Source: Escherichia phage Esco_phi_B-01
Strand: one strand, 5' to 3'
Length of the DNA stretch: 64,000 nt
Sequence record: OP292222.1
Below are positions 21,733 through 33,100 of this stretch, one piece after another (the first letter of the stretch is position 1; each line of letters opens with the position of its first letter). A program made the position numbers and the translations under genes. Below the pieces are notes generated by a model that was given only the letters and a program-made list of their open reading frames with translations, searched no databases and was not told where the DNA came from.

Positions 21733-24216
21733 TTATGGTGCTGAGTTTAAAGTCACAAAATCAGACAATAATACCCATGCGTTATCAACCAGAACATACG
21801 GAAGTCCATCTGCGGCAGGAGCCACCGGTGGACGTTTAGATAATTCTGTTTCTAAGGCTGTAATTTTACCTTCGGCAGCGGTTAAACGGGTTCCTAAGTC
21901 AGCAACTTTATCAGATTCAACTTTAACATCATCCAAACCTGTTTCAAGAGTACCAACTTTACCTTCGACCGTGCCTAAACGGGTATTAATACCTGCTACC
22001 TTATCGGATTCGACTTTAACAGCAGCTAAACCTGTTTCAAGAGTACCAACTTCACCTTCAACAGCGGTTAAACCAGACTCAAGGGTAGTTATTTTACCTT
22101 CTGCCGTAGTTATTTTACCTTCAGCCGTACCTAAACGGGTATTGATTCCTGCCACTTTGTCAGATTCAACTTTAACTGCTGCTAAACCAGACTCAAGGGT
22201 AGTTATTTTGCCTTCAGCTGTACCTAATCGAGTATCAATTCCTTCTACTTTATCGGATTCAACTTTAACATCATCCAAACCTGTTTCAAGGGTAGTTACA
22301 CGAGTTGTTAAAGGAGCTATTTTAGCAGTATCAACTTTAACTGCAGCCAAATCAGACTGAAGGGTAGTTATTTTACCTTCAGCTGTGGTCACACGAGTTG
22401 TTAAAGGAGCTATTTTAGCGGTATCTAATTTAATATCAGTAATTTCGCCTTCATTAGCTGCTACTCGCCCGGTTAAAGTAACGATATCACCTTTATTCTT
22501 GGTTATATCGGCTTTAATAGGGGTTAATTGTGATTCTATAGAACTCACATCTAAAGCCAAAGCCGTAACATCAGAATCGGTTGTATCCGTCTTGGTTTCC
22601 AATGCGGTTATTTTGCCATTAATAGTTACGTCACTTTCTTCCAAAGCAGTAATACGATTATCTTGCTCGGTGTCTTTGGATTTTAGCAAAACGACATCTG
22701 CTTTAATTTCTCCTACCGAAGTGTTTAAAGCACCAGTTCTAGTATCAAGAGAAGAAATGGAGGCGTCATTAGTATCGACTCTGGAAGTTAAAGCGGTCAC
22801 TTTACCATTGGTAACAACCAAATCGGCTTTAACAGTTTCTATTTCTGTGGAATTATTAACAACTTCGGCCCATGCCGCATTTCGACGTGCATAGAGTTTA
22901 CCATCAGAAGGCGCGTCACCTAATTTACCTTGCATCTGGGTTTCTAAAGAAGTAACCGCATTAATAAGACCACGTTCTTCTACGGTAGCTCCGTTAGGGT
23001 TCGTTCCGTCAACCTTATTTGTGAGCTTAAGCAAAGTACCTTTTATACCGGATTGGTTGTTACCAATTTCTACCTGAATATCCTGGATGGACGAGGTAGA
23101 TTGGTTTGCTTGAATAATAACATCATTCAAACGCTTATTAATTGTGCCAGCAGCAGGAGACACTTCACTACCAAGGCGTCGATTAATATCGGAAACCTGG
23201 AAACGAAGCCCTTCACTAGAACTATTACCAACAACGGTTTTTAAATCATTTACATCAGTACGAAGCCCACTTAAACGTCCATTAATAGATGCTGGTGCAG
23301 ACTCAGAACCGATTTGAGTTTCTATAGAAGTTACTCTAGGTTTTAAATCATCATTAACCGAATTTTCTAAGGTAAAGGTTTTGCTTTCTAAAGTAGTTAC
23401 TCGGTCCTTTATAGGCATACCAGAGAAATCAATATTATCCTTAATTTCGTCAATAGCTGTATTAAAATTAACTGCAGCCGTTTCTAATACTGAAATTCGG
23501 GTATATGCAGGTTGTTTACCTACCGTATCAGAATGTGGTCCTAATTCGGCGCGAATTTCATTTAATTTAATACCCAATTGTCCAACATCAGAATCTTCAT
23601 AGTTTCTTTCAAGGGTATCAATACGAAGACGATGGTCCACCAATTCAGTGGTATTATCCATGATGCGGCGTTTTATACCAGTGGCTTCGCTAGTTTCACC
23701 CGGAGGTAAAGGATTGCCGTTTATATCCTGGTCCTCATAGTGACCAATTTCATTTTTAAGAAGAACAATATTTTCACGTACAGTTAAATATGGGCCGTCT
23801 TGTAAAGGGTCATGATATCCAACATCTTCACGCAAGAAATCAAAATTGGTTGTTAAGGTGTCCAATTTTTCTGTTGTATCTTCGGTGACTTTTTTAAGGT
23901 CTACAATATCAACACGGTTTTTCTCTATTTGTTGAATGATGGAAATATCTGTTGACATTTCTAAAGCGTCATTGATATTATTAACGTTTTCTATAAGCTC
24001 ATTAACTTTATCAGCAGTTTTTAAATCGTTGGCATCAAGAGCTTCTACGTTTTTCTGAACTCCTAAAGCAGCAGCGTTCAAATTACCTTCATTGCCGTAT
24101 TTTGTTTTTGCTGCAGACATACAATCACCCTCGCGTATCCATTGGATACGCTTTTGAGGAGCATCAGGTACGCCGTCAACAAATGGTAACTCACTAAGTT
24201 CCAATTTGTTAATCAT
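21733..24216 (-). CDS. wac: Fibritin (whisker) with expanded coiled-coil and C-terminal foldon-like motif
   Basis: 827 aa; N-terminal ELPFVDG, TVEERGL, VEIGNNQSGIKG, C-terminal DGLPYVLVDNAWVLLSDF resemble T4 fibritin. Confidence 0.85.
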   Translation of the reverse strand: MINKLELSELPFVDGVPDAPQKRIQWIREGDCMSAAKTKYGNEGNLNAAALGVQKNVEALDANDLKTADKVNELIENVNNINDALEMSTDISIIQQIEKNRVDIVDLKKVTEDTTEKLDTLTTNFDFLREDVGYHDPLQDGPYLTVRENIVLLKNEIGHYEDQDINGNPLPPGETSEATGIKRRIMDNTTELVDHRLRIDTLERNYEDSDVGQLGIKLNEIRAELGPHSDTVGKQPAYTRISVLETAAVNFNTAIDEIKDNIDFSGMPIKDRVTTLESKTFTLENSVNDDLKPRVTSIETQIGSESAPASINGRLSGLRTDVNDLKTVVGNSSSEGLRFQVSDINRRLGSEVSPAAGTINKRLNDVIIQANQSTSSIQDIQVEIGNNQSGIKGTLLKLTNKVDGTNPNGATVEERGLINAVTSLETQMQGKLGDAPSDGKLYARRNAAWAEVVNNSTEIETVKADLVVTNGKVTALTSRVDTNDASISSLDTRTGALNTSVGEIKADVVLLKSKDTEQDNRITALEESDVTINGKITALETKTDTTDSDVTALALDVSSIESQLTPIKADITKNKGDIVTLTGRVAANEGEITDIKLDTAKIAPLTTRVTTAEGKITTLQSDLAAVKVDTAKIAPLTTRVTTLETGLDDVKVESDKVEGIDTRLGTAEGKITTLESGLAAVKVESDKVAGINTRLGTAEGKITTAEGKITTLESGLTAVEGEVGTLETGLAAVKVESDKVAGINTRLGTVEGKVGTLETGLDDVKVESDKVADLGTRLTAAEGKITALETELSKRPPVAPAADGLPYVLVDNAWVLLSDFVTLNSAP
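21850..22450 (-). repeat. Intragenic tandem repeats (about 29-aa units) in the wac C-terminal coiled-coil
   Basis: About five units of VKVESDKVAGINTRLGTAEGKITTLESGLAA; also seen as the repetitive antisense ORF 21662-22360. Confidence 0.6.
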
Positions 24217-24225
24217 TTTTTACCC

Positions 24226-25752
24226 TTATTCTACTTTAATAATAAAAAGAACGGACATTGTCCAAGGACGTGTTTCATTTGCAATAAGTCCTTCACTATT
24301 CAGTGTGGTATGGCCGTCACGGTTCCAAGGTTCAGTGGTCTCAAAACCTTCGTTAGTATAATAACTACGGTTATCCCAGTCAAGTCCTTTACGAGTACCG
24401 ACATATCCAGAGTTAGCAGTGTTACCAAAAGCGCCATAGTTATCATGTTCACCAAAACCACCAGCATGTTTATGATAACGTAATGCTTGGGCTTGAACAG
24501 AAGATTGCGGGAACGAACCTACACCGTTACCTAAACGGGCTTTACCTTTACCGTCTTCTCCTCGGTTACCTGCAATATGTGGGTTAACTTCACCTTCAGA
24601 ATATCCACCAACCATGTTAGCACCACGAGGATATAATCCACGGAAATCTGGAATAGCACCCCACCATCCCCAACGTCCACCGACAGCATTTAAATATGCA
24701 CCACCGGTATAAGTTCCACCTACACAAGCTCGCCATTTGCCTGGGATATTACCTTCATGTCCACCCCACATACAAATAGTACCTACAGGAACGCTATCTG
24801 ATAATTGGTCATGGGTAACAACATCAACACCATTACGACGTAATGCGCCATTAACGTTTAAAGTACCCCATATTTCACCGCCCGAAGTAGAAATAACGTT
24901 AGCATTATAAGCCAGGGCCGTATTACCATCGCCTTGACCTACTGTAGTAGTTAAACGCACTAAGCCAATTCGTCCTGTATTACCTGTACGAGCTAGCAAA
25001 GATGCCGGAGTAACAGCGGCAGTATGGTCAGTACCATTAGATACCATATCCCAACCTGCGAGTTTAATAATACCGCTTCGTTCTTCGGTGGAAGTTAATG
25101 TGGCCAATCCCGCTGGAGAAATAGCAATACCTATAGAAAGATTTCCATTACCAACTTCAGCATTAGTCGCTAAACGAACTAAACCTTCATTTGTAGTCGT
25201 TGCCGTAGAATAAACCGGTAACGCCGCTGTCGCTGCACCAATTGCTTGCGATACTTTAAGTGGGGTCATCGCCGTGGTATCGTCGGTACCAGCTAATGCA
25301 GCAGGTGTAGTTGAAATCTTGATAACGCCTGTAGTGTTCTCTGTTGATAAACGGTTCTCAAATGTATAATCCATTACCGCTTTCAAAGAGGTTGCTACGA
25401 TTGCAGCCTGGGGCTCTGTGCCTGCTATAGCTTCAGCGTTAGTAGCATAACGGGTAATACCTACATAAGTTTCTGTTGCCTGAGTAGGAATATCTAAACG
25501 TGCTTTTAAAGTTGCAGGGGTCACTGCACTATAGGCATCCAACCCATCCATTACTTCTTGTGTTGTGGCAAGACGAATAATACCTTGGGATGTTTCTGTG
25601 GCTGAAGGAACATTACCTGTGACACCGATTAATGAAATAGCCGCCAATGCTTCTTGAACATTAGTAATATCAGGTGGGAAATTCGACCCAGTAGGGTCGA
25701 ATGATTTGAATTCCGATTTATCACTAATGTGTTTTAGTGTGTTTGTTGACAT
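24226..25752 (-). CDS. 12: Short tail fiber protein gp12
   Basis: 508 aa; position between gp11 and wac; C-terminal Gly/Trp-rich receptor-binding region. Confidence 0.85.
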   Translation of the reverse strand: MSTNTLKHISDKSEFKSFDPTGSNFPPDITNVQEALAAISLIGVTGNVPSATETSQGIIRLATTQEVMDGLDAYSAVTPATLKARLDIPTQATETYVGITRYATNAEAIAGTEPQAAIVATSLKAVMDYTFENRLSTENTTGVIKISTTPAALAGTDDTTAMTPLKVSQAIGAATAALPVYSTATTTNEGLVRLATNAEVGNGNLSIGIAISPAGLATLTSTEERSGIIKLAGWDMVSNGTDHTAAVTPASLLARTGNTGRIGLVRLTTTVGQGDGNTALAYNANVISTSGGEIWGTLNVNGALRRNGVDVVTHDQLSDSVPVGTICMWGGHEGNIPGKWRACVGGTYTGGAYLNAVGGRWGWWGAIPDFRGLYPRGANMVGGYSEGEVNPHIAGNRGEDGKGKARLGNGVGSFPQSSVQAQALRYHKHAGGFGEHDNYGAFGNTANSGYVGTRKGLDWDNRSYYTNEGFETTEPWNRDGHTTLNSEGLIANETRPWTMSVLFIIKVE

Positions 25753-26417
25753 TAATATAATCTCTTATAGTAATATAAAGGAATCGTGCCGTTAACTGTA
25801 CCACCTGCTAACGATTGGGTAGAGTTACCTAAGTATTCCCACTTACCATATCCGGCCCTTGGCTGCTGGACTATAGTATGGGAAATTGTACAACCCGATT
25901 GTTTATATGGTGAAAAAATATGATTCTGATAGTCATTGTATTTAATATTCAAGGTAGATTGGTCTAAGGCGTCAATAGACGTTTCGGCTAAAATATAGCT
26001 ATTAGCAATGGCGTCTAAAAATACATCATTTACTTTAGATGCAACCAATACAGATGAATCACCAACTAAGACCTCTACAGGAAGTCCAAACACTTTAATA
26101 ATAACCGGGTCGCCAAGTTCGCCGCCTGAAGAAATAGAACCGGTAAATGTAATTTTATCAGATTGTTGGATAAATCCGGGTGCTCTGTTTTCTGTGGTAA
26201 TAATAACAGAGTTCACAGGAAGCTCTGTTCTAAATGCAATATCATCTATTGCACTTTGGACTGTAGGAAAATAAACGCCCTTCTGGGTTTGGTTTGCAGA
26301 AGGGCCACCGATAGGTCGTTGGTCAGCAACAGCAGTAGGCTTGTCACTGGTGTAAGATAATTCCAAATAGTCAGCTAAGCGGGATTTTAACCCGCTTTTC
26401 ATTTCAGTTAAAGTCAT
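25752..26417 (-). CDS. 11: Baseplate wedge protein gp11
   Basis: 221 aa (T4 219); position. Confidence 0.8.
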   Translation of the reverse strand: MTLTEMKSGLKSRLADYLELSYTSDKPTAVADQRPIGGPSANQTQKGVYFPTVQSAIDDIAFRTELPVNSVIITTENRAPGFIQQSDKITFTGSISSGGELGDPVIIKVFGLPVEVLVGDSSVLVASKVNDVFLDAIANSYILAETSIDALDQSTLNIKYNDYQNHIFSPYKQSGCTISHTIVQQPRAGYGKWEYLGNSTQSLAGGTVNGTIPLYYYKRLY

Positions 26418-28228
26418 TATGCAATCCTCATCCAGCGATGAACAGTTAAGTATGGTGGTAGAGTATTAACCGGGATAGGAGTGGTCCCTTGAGCCTTATT
26501 AATACTGGCTTTATCTTCACGATATTTTGTATAAGCCGGTCCTTGTGAATCAGGGTCAACTAAACATCCACCTACAAAAATAGGGCCATCATTATCAGCA
26601 ATAAGGACTTTATCATCTGTATTAAGTTCTGGGATATTCTCATATTTCAAATTAGCCACATGAGCACCACCAGTCCCGCCTGCAGTTGATTGTGGAACAC
26701 CCGCTGAATCCAGGTCGTTATTATTTGCATTAAACAAAGAACTAGCGTCAGGAGACCAACCTACCAAGAACACATCAGATAAACGCTTCCATGAACCAAA
26801 GCCCATATAAGTTTTAGGGTTATTAGGGTTCACCGTGTTCTCATAGATGGTTCCTACAGGGTAAATTAAATCAAAAAATGTCGATGCCGTATCTATTGTA
26901 ATATTAGATGGGGCGACAGGTTCAACGTTAGGTGCAAAAGGATTATCTACATCAGTGATACGAACCTGGCCTGATATATCAATAGAAGGGCCTTTAGAAA
27001 TATAGATGTTATTGGTATAATCCAAAATCTCATCAATTTCCATGGTAGTGCCGATATCGTTATTGTACCAAATTACCGTAAGAATATCGCCATGTTCAAA
27101 GTCACGTCCAAATTCGATGGATTCAATCTTATCTTCAGGGGTCAAATTAAAAATATAGTCTGATTTAGATTGAGTCCATTGCCCACCTGCATTAAAACAC
27201 TCGGTAGCAGTACGTCCGTCGGCACCTTCACAATAAAACGAAGGAAGGCCAGCAGTACCAGCTTGATGAAGTAATGTGCTATTAAGCATGACTTGGCAAG
27301 CATTTGGGTTGATAGGACTGTTAACGGAAATATTCAAATCAGCTGCTGATATAACATGTGAAGTACTCAAATCGCCCACGAAAGAAGAACCAGGAACAGA
27401 AACGTCTTTAGTCAATTCTGAACTTTTGATTGTTATATCACGGCGGTTATAAGAACTGCGCCATTGGGCAAGTCCGTCATTATACGATTTGATAATAACA
27501 GTATCACCTGCTTCGCATGGATATTTTAAACGGATGTCCTTACCATTCAAGGCAACCAATTCACCTGGTTGAGCACCCGGAGAACCAAACTCTGCGGTAG
27601 CTGCATCAAAAATATCATCAACACCATAGAACAAATTGTTACCACGTTGTGAAACGCTTAAACTTGCTACGTTGTAAGAAAGGCCAGGGAAAACATCTAG
27701 AAAATCTGTTTGACCTTCAGTGGCAATAAACTGCTTAGTTGCTACAGTAGCAAGGTCGTTATTTGGGATACGGTTTACTTGCTTATTTTCAACATATTCC
27801 CAACGACCAGGTGCACAATAAACTAATTCAAGGTCAGAGAAGTTGCGAGCAATTTCAACTGGAGTAGCTGAACCTTTAATGGTATCACCTGTGGCAGGGA
27901 TTAAGGTTACCGGGTTAGCTTGCCATGAAGAATACACGTCACGTACACGGATGACAAAGTTATATTCTTCAGGAGAGCCTTTAGGAAGCTGGACGTTAAT
28001 ACGCCCACCCTGGGTATTAAGGGTGTAGCTATGACCCATTACGGCATTCAACAAAGCACCGTCTTCAGTAGAATGTTGTTTCCAAGCGCCTGCGGCATGT
28101 GGGTTATTGCCGTCGCCTAATTGGTAATAAAGCTCATTGAAGTTGTTATTAATTTTAAGACCACCTGCGCGCAGGTAATCACCGGACCCGTCATCAACAG
28201 CGGAACCTACTTTTAAGTCTTGTTTCAT
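26417..28228 (-). CDS. 10: Baseplate wedge protein gp10
   Basis: 603 aa (T4 602); position. Confidence 0.85.
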   Translation of the reverse strand: MKQDLKVGSAVDDGSGDYLRAGGLKINNNFNELYYQLGDGNNPHAAGAWKQHSTEDGALLNAVMGHSYTLNTQGGRINVQLPKGSPEEYNFVIRVRDVYSSWQANPVTLIPATGDTIKGSATPVEIARNFSDLELVYCAPGRWEYVENKQVNRIPNNDLATVATKQFIATEGQTDFLDVFPGLSYNVASLSVSQRGNNLFYGVDDIFDAATAEFGSPGAQPGELVALNGKDIRLKYPCEAGDTVIIKSYNDGLAQWRSSYNRRDITIKSSELTKDVSVPGSSFVGDLSTSHVISAADLNISVNSPINPNACQVMLNSTLLHQAGTAGLPSFYCEGADGRTATECFNAGGQWTQSKSDYIFNLTPEDKIESIEFGRDFEHGDILTVIWYNNDIGTTMEIDEILDYTNNIYISKGPSIDISGQVRITDVDNPFAPNVEPVAPSNITIDTASTFFDLIYPVGTIYENTVNPNNPKTYMGFGSWKRLSDVFLVGWSPDASSLFNANNNDLDSAGVPQSTAGGTGGAHVANLKYENIPELNTDDKVLIADNDGPIFVGGCLVDPDSQGPAYTKYREDKASINKAQGTTPIPVNTLPPYLTVHRWMRIA

Positions 28229-29088
28229 TATACTGGAACTCCAATAGTTTGGGTTTCTACGACCTTAATTGCAAGCCTCATAGGATTGACAGAAGAAGCG
28301 GTCGCGATAATATAGTTTGATGTATCGAATTTAAAATCTAGAGAATAAATTTCGTCATCATCTGAAGTTTGTCCACGTTTAATAACTGCATATTCAGTGG
28401 AATAAATCTTTTTAGCTTGGTTGTCGATAAACACAAGATATTCTGAAGCTTTGTAAATGGTTTCGTTGGCATTCACTGCAGTAACTAAAAGTTTGACCAA
28501 TGAATACTGACCTGAATAAACCAGCGGGATATCACGAGCGACAGAAGATATATTATATGTCTTATTTAATGGAACTCGTTTATCACCAAACATGCTTTCA
28601 ATTGAATAATCCCATACCGCAACACCGTTTGTATCTGATACACACCATAAAAGAACTCGGGTATAAGGTGTTACAATACGTAGGGTTGAAGTAGGATGAC
28701 TTGCAAAAGTATCTAATATACGGATTTCAAGATAGTTGGTAGACGAAATACTTCCGTTAGAGTTGATAATCTCAATTCCTTCACCAACTGCACCCTTTAC
28801 AGTGGTTAATACGATAGAACCGCTAGAAGCATCGATATCCACCAAAGAGCCTAAATCAACCGAGCTTGCTTGGTCCATATCACCAAATTTTTGATAATAC
28901 CCTGTAGCGTGTAATTTCTGGCCGGTCAATTCGCCGGTTAAAGCGGTTTTACGTTGGTCGCCGAAAGTATTATAGATGTTGTTTAAGTCAGTGTTCAGTT
29001 TAACACCGCCGTCATAAAGAATGTCGCCGGTGCTGGCATTACCAATTTCACCGACGTCAATTAGTTCTTTACCAGTTTGCTTAATCAT
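28228..29088 (-). CDS. 9: Baseplate wedge protein gp9 (long tail fiber socket)
   Basis: 286 aa (T4 288); position. Confidence 0.8.
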   Translation of the reverse strand: MIKQTGKELIDVGEIGNASTGDILYDGGVKLNTDLNNIYNTFGDQRKTALTGELTGQKLHATGYYQKFGDMDQASSVDLGSLVDIDASSGSIVLTTVKGAVGEGIEIINSNGSISSTNYLEIRILDTFASHPTSTLRIVTPYTRVLLWCVSDTNGVAVWDYSIESMFGDKRVPLNKTYNISSVARDIPLVYSGQYSLVKLLVTAVNANETIYKASEYLVFIDNQAKKIYSTEYAVIKRGQTSDDDEIYSLDFKFDTSNYIIATASSVNPMRLAIKVVETQTIGVPV

Positions 29089-29149
29089 AGGTATGCCTCA
29101 TTATTGATATACTGTATTTATTAAACCCGAAAGGGCCTTGCGGCCCTTA

Positions 29150-30154
29150 TTAGAATTCGAAGACAATGTTAATTTCTTCTGTTTGGTCCATGGAACGAAT
29201 AACCGGAGGACGGTTTTCCATATAAATCATTTCACCGGAGTGGCGGGAGAGGTCTATAACATCATAGTACTCTTTTTCGGCTTTAATGATCGGATCGGAT
29301 GGGTAGGCTTTAGCTTCTAACGGGTTAGAAATTATCGAAAGCTGTCTAAAACCTTTGTTTCCCGGCAAACTAAATTCAGGGAAATAAACCGAATCTAAGA
29401 ATGCTTTAAAGCGAATAGTATTGGCTTTAATACGGTAAATTAATCCATAATCGTCTTGTTGCCAAGTGAGGTTATTCTCGTATCCCCAACGTTCAGGGTC
29501 CTCAGCAATTTCTTCTGGCCATGGAACTACAATATATTCATTAGTGCATCGGTTAATACTTACATCAGGTGGAATCTCATACAAATATTCCCAGAGATAT
29601 CCATCACCAGTATCCACCATACCTTCCGTATCACCCTGTCCTGCCGGGGCTTTAACTGATTGCACATTTGAAGTCCATTTGCCACCAAGTTTAATACACT
29701 CAGTTTTATTATCAAGGGACAAGATAGAACATGTACCTGATTCAGGAATATCTACACAACGATAAACCATCCACCCGGCACCTACATCAGTACGGTTTTG
29801 TGGCTGGCTATTCGCTACTACAATTTCACCGATCTGGAAAGTAAATGGGTTAGGATAAGTTGTGTCACCCCAGTCTTTGCGTGGGACAACACAATCCAGC
29901 ATACTCTTATAAACCTTAACACAACCCATCATGTTGGTCCAGACGTCTTCTACGCCTTCAGAATCATCTACAGGATAGGGTGGTGCAAAACCAGGGTCAT
30001 TTTCGTTATCGGCCCACGGTCGGGCCCTTCCGAAAGATACATACATAGTGTTCTGGTCTTCGCCATCACCTATTGTTCTGTAAAAGTTGTACATTTTTTC
30101 CGTTCTAAATTTTGAAGTAACAATAGAACGATAAACTACTGTAGAATTAATCAT
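29150..30154 (-). CDS. 8: Baseplate wedge protein gp8
   Basis: 334 aa (T4 334); position. Confidence 0.85.
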   Translation of the reverse strand: MINSTVVYRSIVTSKFRTEKMYNFYRTIGDGEDQNTMYVSFGRARPWADNENDPGFAPPYPVDDSEGVEDVWTNMMGCVKVYKSMLDCVVPRKDWGDTTYPNPFTFQIGEIVVANSQPQNRTDVGAGWMVYRCVDIPESGTCSILSLDNKTECIKLGGKWTSNVQSVKAPAGQGDTEGMVDTGDGYLWEYLYEIPPDVSINRCTNEYIVVPWPEEIAEDPERWGYENNLTWQQDDYGLIYRIKANTIRFKAFLDSVYFPEFSLPGNKGFRQLSIISNPLEAKAYPSDPIIKAEKEYYDVIDLSRHSGEMIYMENRPPVIRSMDQTEEINIVFEF

Positions 30155-33100
30155 TAATTTTTACCTGAGTTGGAACTTTAGGGTCTCTAGGATTTCCAAT
30201 ATCGTCTTTAAGACGCTTATCAACCAGTGCACGCCAATTGGCAAAAGTCACAGCACTTTGGTCAAACAATGGACTATGCTTTTTAATACGTTCGTGTGGT
30301 AATTGACCTTGGAATACAGAGAAATCATTTTCTGCATCATAATCGGCAGGAATATCAAACGGTTCACCCGCTTTAGGTCCAACGTTGTACATCGGAGCAC
30401 CTGTACGAGGGTCTCGTTCTATATTACCATCAAAACCTATTACAGCAACTCTATCATACCATTCAGATGGCAAACCTGAGTCCCATTTATAGTTCTTAAG
30501 GATATTAATAATGGTTTCTGTATGTTTTAGTGTTAAACCAACGTTAACAAACATAGAAAGCAAAGTTATACCTATAAAGCCGAAACCTACCGGGTGAACA
30601 AATCTCAAAACGTCGTTGCGATAACGAGAGGTTGGGAGATTAGACTTAATAGTCATCACATAGTAAGAACGGTTACGGTTGATATAATCGATATTGTTAC
30701 TCAAAAGCTCTTTACCGCGAACGCCTTGAACAATCATACCCTTAAATGAAGTACGTTCAGATTTGATTTCCTGACCGACTATAAAACGACCTAAAAGATT
30801 ATGAATGGTTAAACGCCATTGCAATTTACCATCTTTGTAATTTCGTTCTATATAAGTAACATTACTTCTTCCTGTAGGAGTATAAATCGTTTGGCCTACG
30901 ATATCTTCACTGATATTGTCGGATTCTACGATGATATCATATTCGATAGAGTTCTTGGACTCGATATCAATTTCGACATCTTCATTATAAAGCAATTTAA
31001 ACAGGAATTTATATGAAGCTTCAGTACCTTTAGTTGACCAAAAATCAGACTGACGAGCTTGGAAAAATCTAACAACTTCGTCGCGTTTTTCTTTTGACAA
31101 ATAGATATTACGTTTATAAATTTCAGACCATAGGTATTCCCATGAGTCTTCTTCACGAGGATACTGATTTCGAATAAGGTTTAACAAATTATTATAATGA
31201 GTGCCAGAACCATCACTAATAAACTGTAGATAATATTCGCAGAATTTTTCAAAATTGGAATCTTGGAGTAAATAACTATCCGGGACCATTTTGACCAATA
31301 ATGGTTTCAAATCAGGGTCTTGTTCGCCGGTCTCTTCTTTAGGGGCCCATGGAATTTCATGTTCTTGGTTTTGGAGCTCTGCCGTAAACATAATTTCTTT
31401 AGGCTTCCAAATAACACGGACTTCATCACGCACACGATAGTCGAATTCAAAATAACCAACTAATTCACCGGTAGATTTGTGAATCATCATACCAGAGGAA
31501 TATTTTTTAAAGCCATTAAATTCGATATTAGGGGATGTAACTTTGCAAAATCCTTTATTCCAAATCTCATGAACAATACGTTCTGGCGATGAACCACTAT
31601 TAAGGTCGATTACTTTCTGATACAAAGCATCGTTATAAACAACCATCGCATGGTCACCTGTAGTAATCCAAGAACGGGTTCCATCACGACGTGACCAACT
31701 GAAGAATGGTTCAGCATAATAAGCCATACGACCTGGTTTAAATTCTTTAAAATCTGATTTAGAGTTAGACCTAAAGCTCATCATCAAATAATGTTTATTA
31801 TGAATCCACTGTTCGTCTTTAACGTATTTAACGGCCGAAGTAACAATTTCAGGATATTTCCAAGGAAGTTCAGAATCAACCTCTACTTCATATCTAAAGT
31901 TGCTTGAACTGAAAAATAACTCTTCGCCATCTGTAGACATGCTAGTATATCCATGCTCTATACGACGACGTTCTTCTTCAGTATTTCCGAATACACGAGT
32001 CCAAGTATCTGTTTCTACATCCAACCAATAGACACCTTTAGATTCAGAATCAATTACGTTAGCCTCTACTGTAGGGTCCATTTTTTCTTCTTTAACTTCG
32101 CCTGTAATTAAAGCAAACGTATGCCCTTGGATAGAATCTAATTTATAGCAAACAGCTTTAGGGTTCCCTGTGATAGTTGAATATCCGCTTTCAAATATCT
32201 TCTCGCCGTAAGTTGGTGAGCTAGGGTCAGTGTCTATAGGGGCCTCGGATGTTTTTGCTTTATAAACTCTGTCTCTACCCGCAACATAAATGAAATCGTC
32301 AGAAGCACACATAGCTTCGGCAATAGTGGAAATAGGCAGTGGGAGTTTTGCATATGACCCAAATATTTCTATTTCAAACGGAAGGTCGATATCACTACCG
32401 ATTTTAGCAAATGTTACATCCTGAGAACTAAAGCGAACGTCATCAGCGGACCATCTAATATCACTTGATTTACGCCCGTAAAATATTTGGTCGTAACCTA
32501 GTACGTATGTAGTAGTTTCTGTTTGGTAATGCGCCGTTCTAGATACTGGATTACCTACTCTATCGTTAAACAATCTAATATAGTGCCAGTTTTGTCCTTT
32601 ATCATTAGAAACTTTAGCTGTGCTTTGGAATCTTTCTAAAAGATACAGAACTCCACCAAGTTCCATTAAAATAGAACGTTTAGGGTCTTTACAAACTGCT
32701 TGAATGCTTCCTTGGATTTCATGGAATCGGTCGGCTTTTAAAACATAATTTGATATAGATGACAAATGCGAATACGCCGGCGTAAAGTTAAAATCTTCCG
32801 TCATTAAGGAAGCCATAATGGCATCAGTATTAAAGTTCACATAATTCTGATTATTTTTTGTGAATTTTTCTTCAATAAATTTATTAGACAATGTGAATTC
32901 GCGCATATGCTCAAATGTATATGCGTTGGTAGAGAAAGTTTCAAATTCTTCAGTGTAAACCCACTCAGACTGCTCAAACCCTTGAGCAGCTACCGCAACT
33001 CGCATTTTATAAAATGAATTAGGAGAAATGAATGCCTCTTCAAACCATTCGTTATTAGGGGTGTAACCTAAATTTCTCCAAAATAATCTATCGTCGGGAA

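Noticed and set aside
21662-22894. Two plus-strand ORFs (232 and 169 aa) with striking internal repeats
   Set aside because: They are the antisense reflection of the wac coiled-coil repeats; the repeat signal is real but belongs to fibritin on the minus strand
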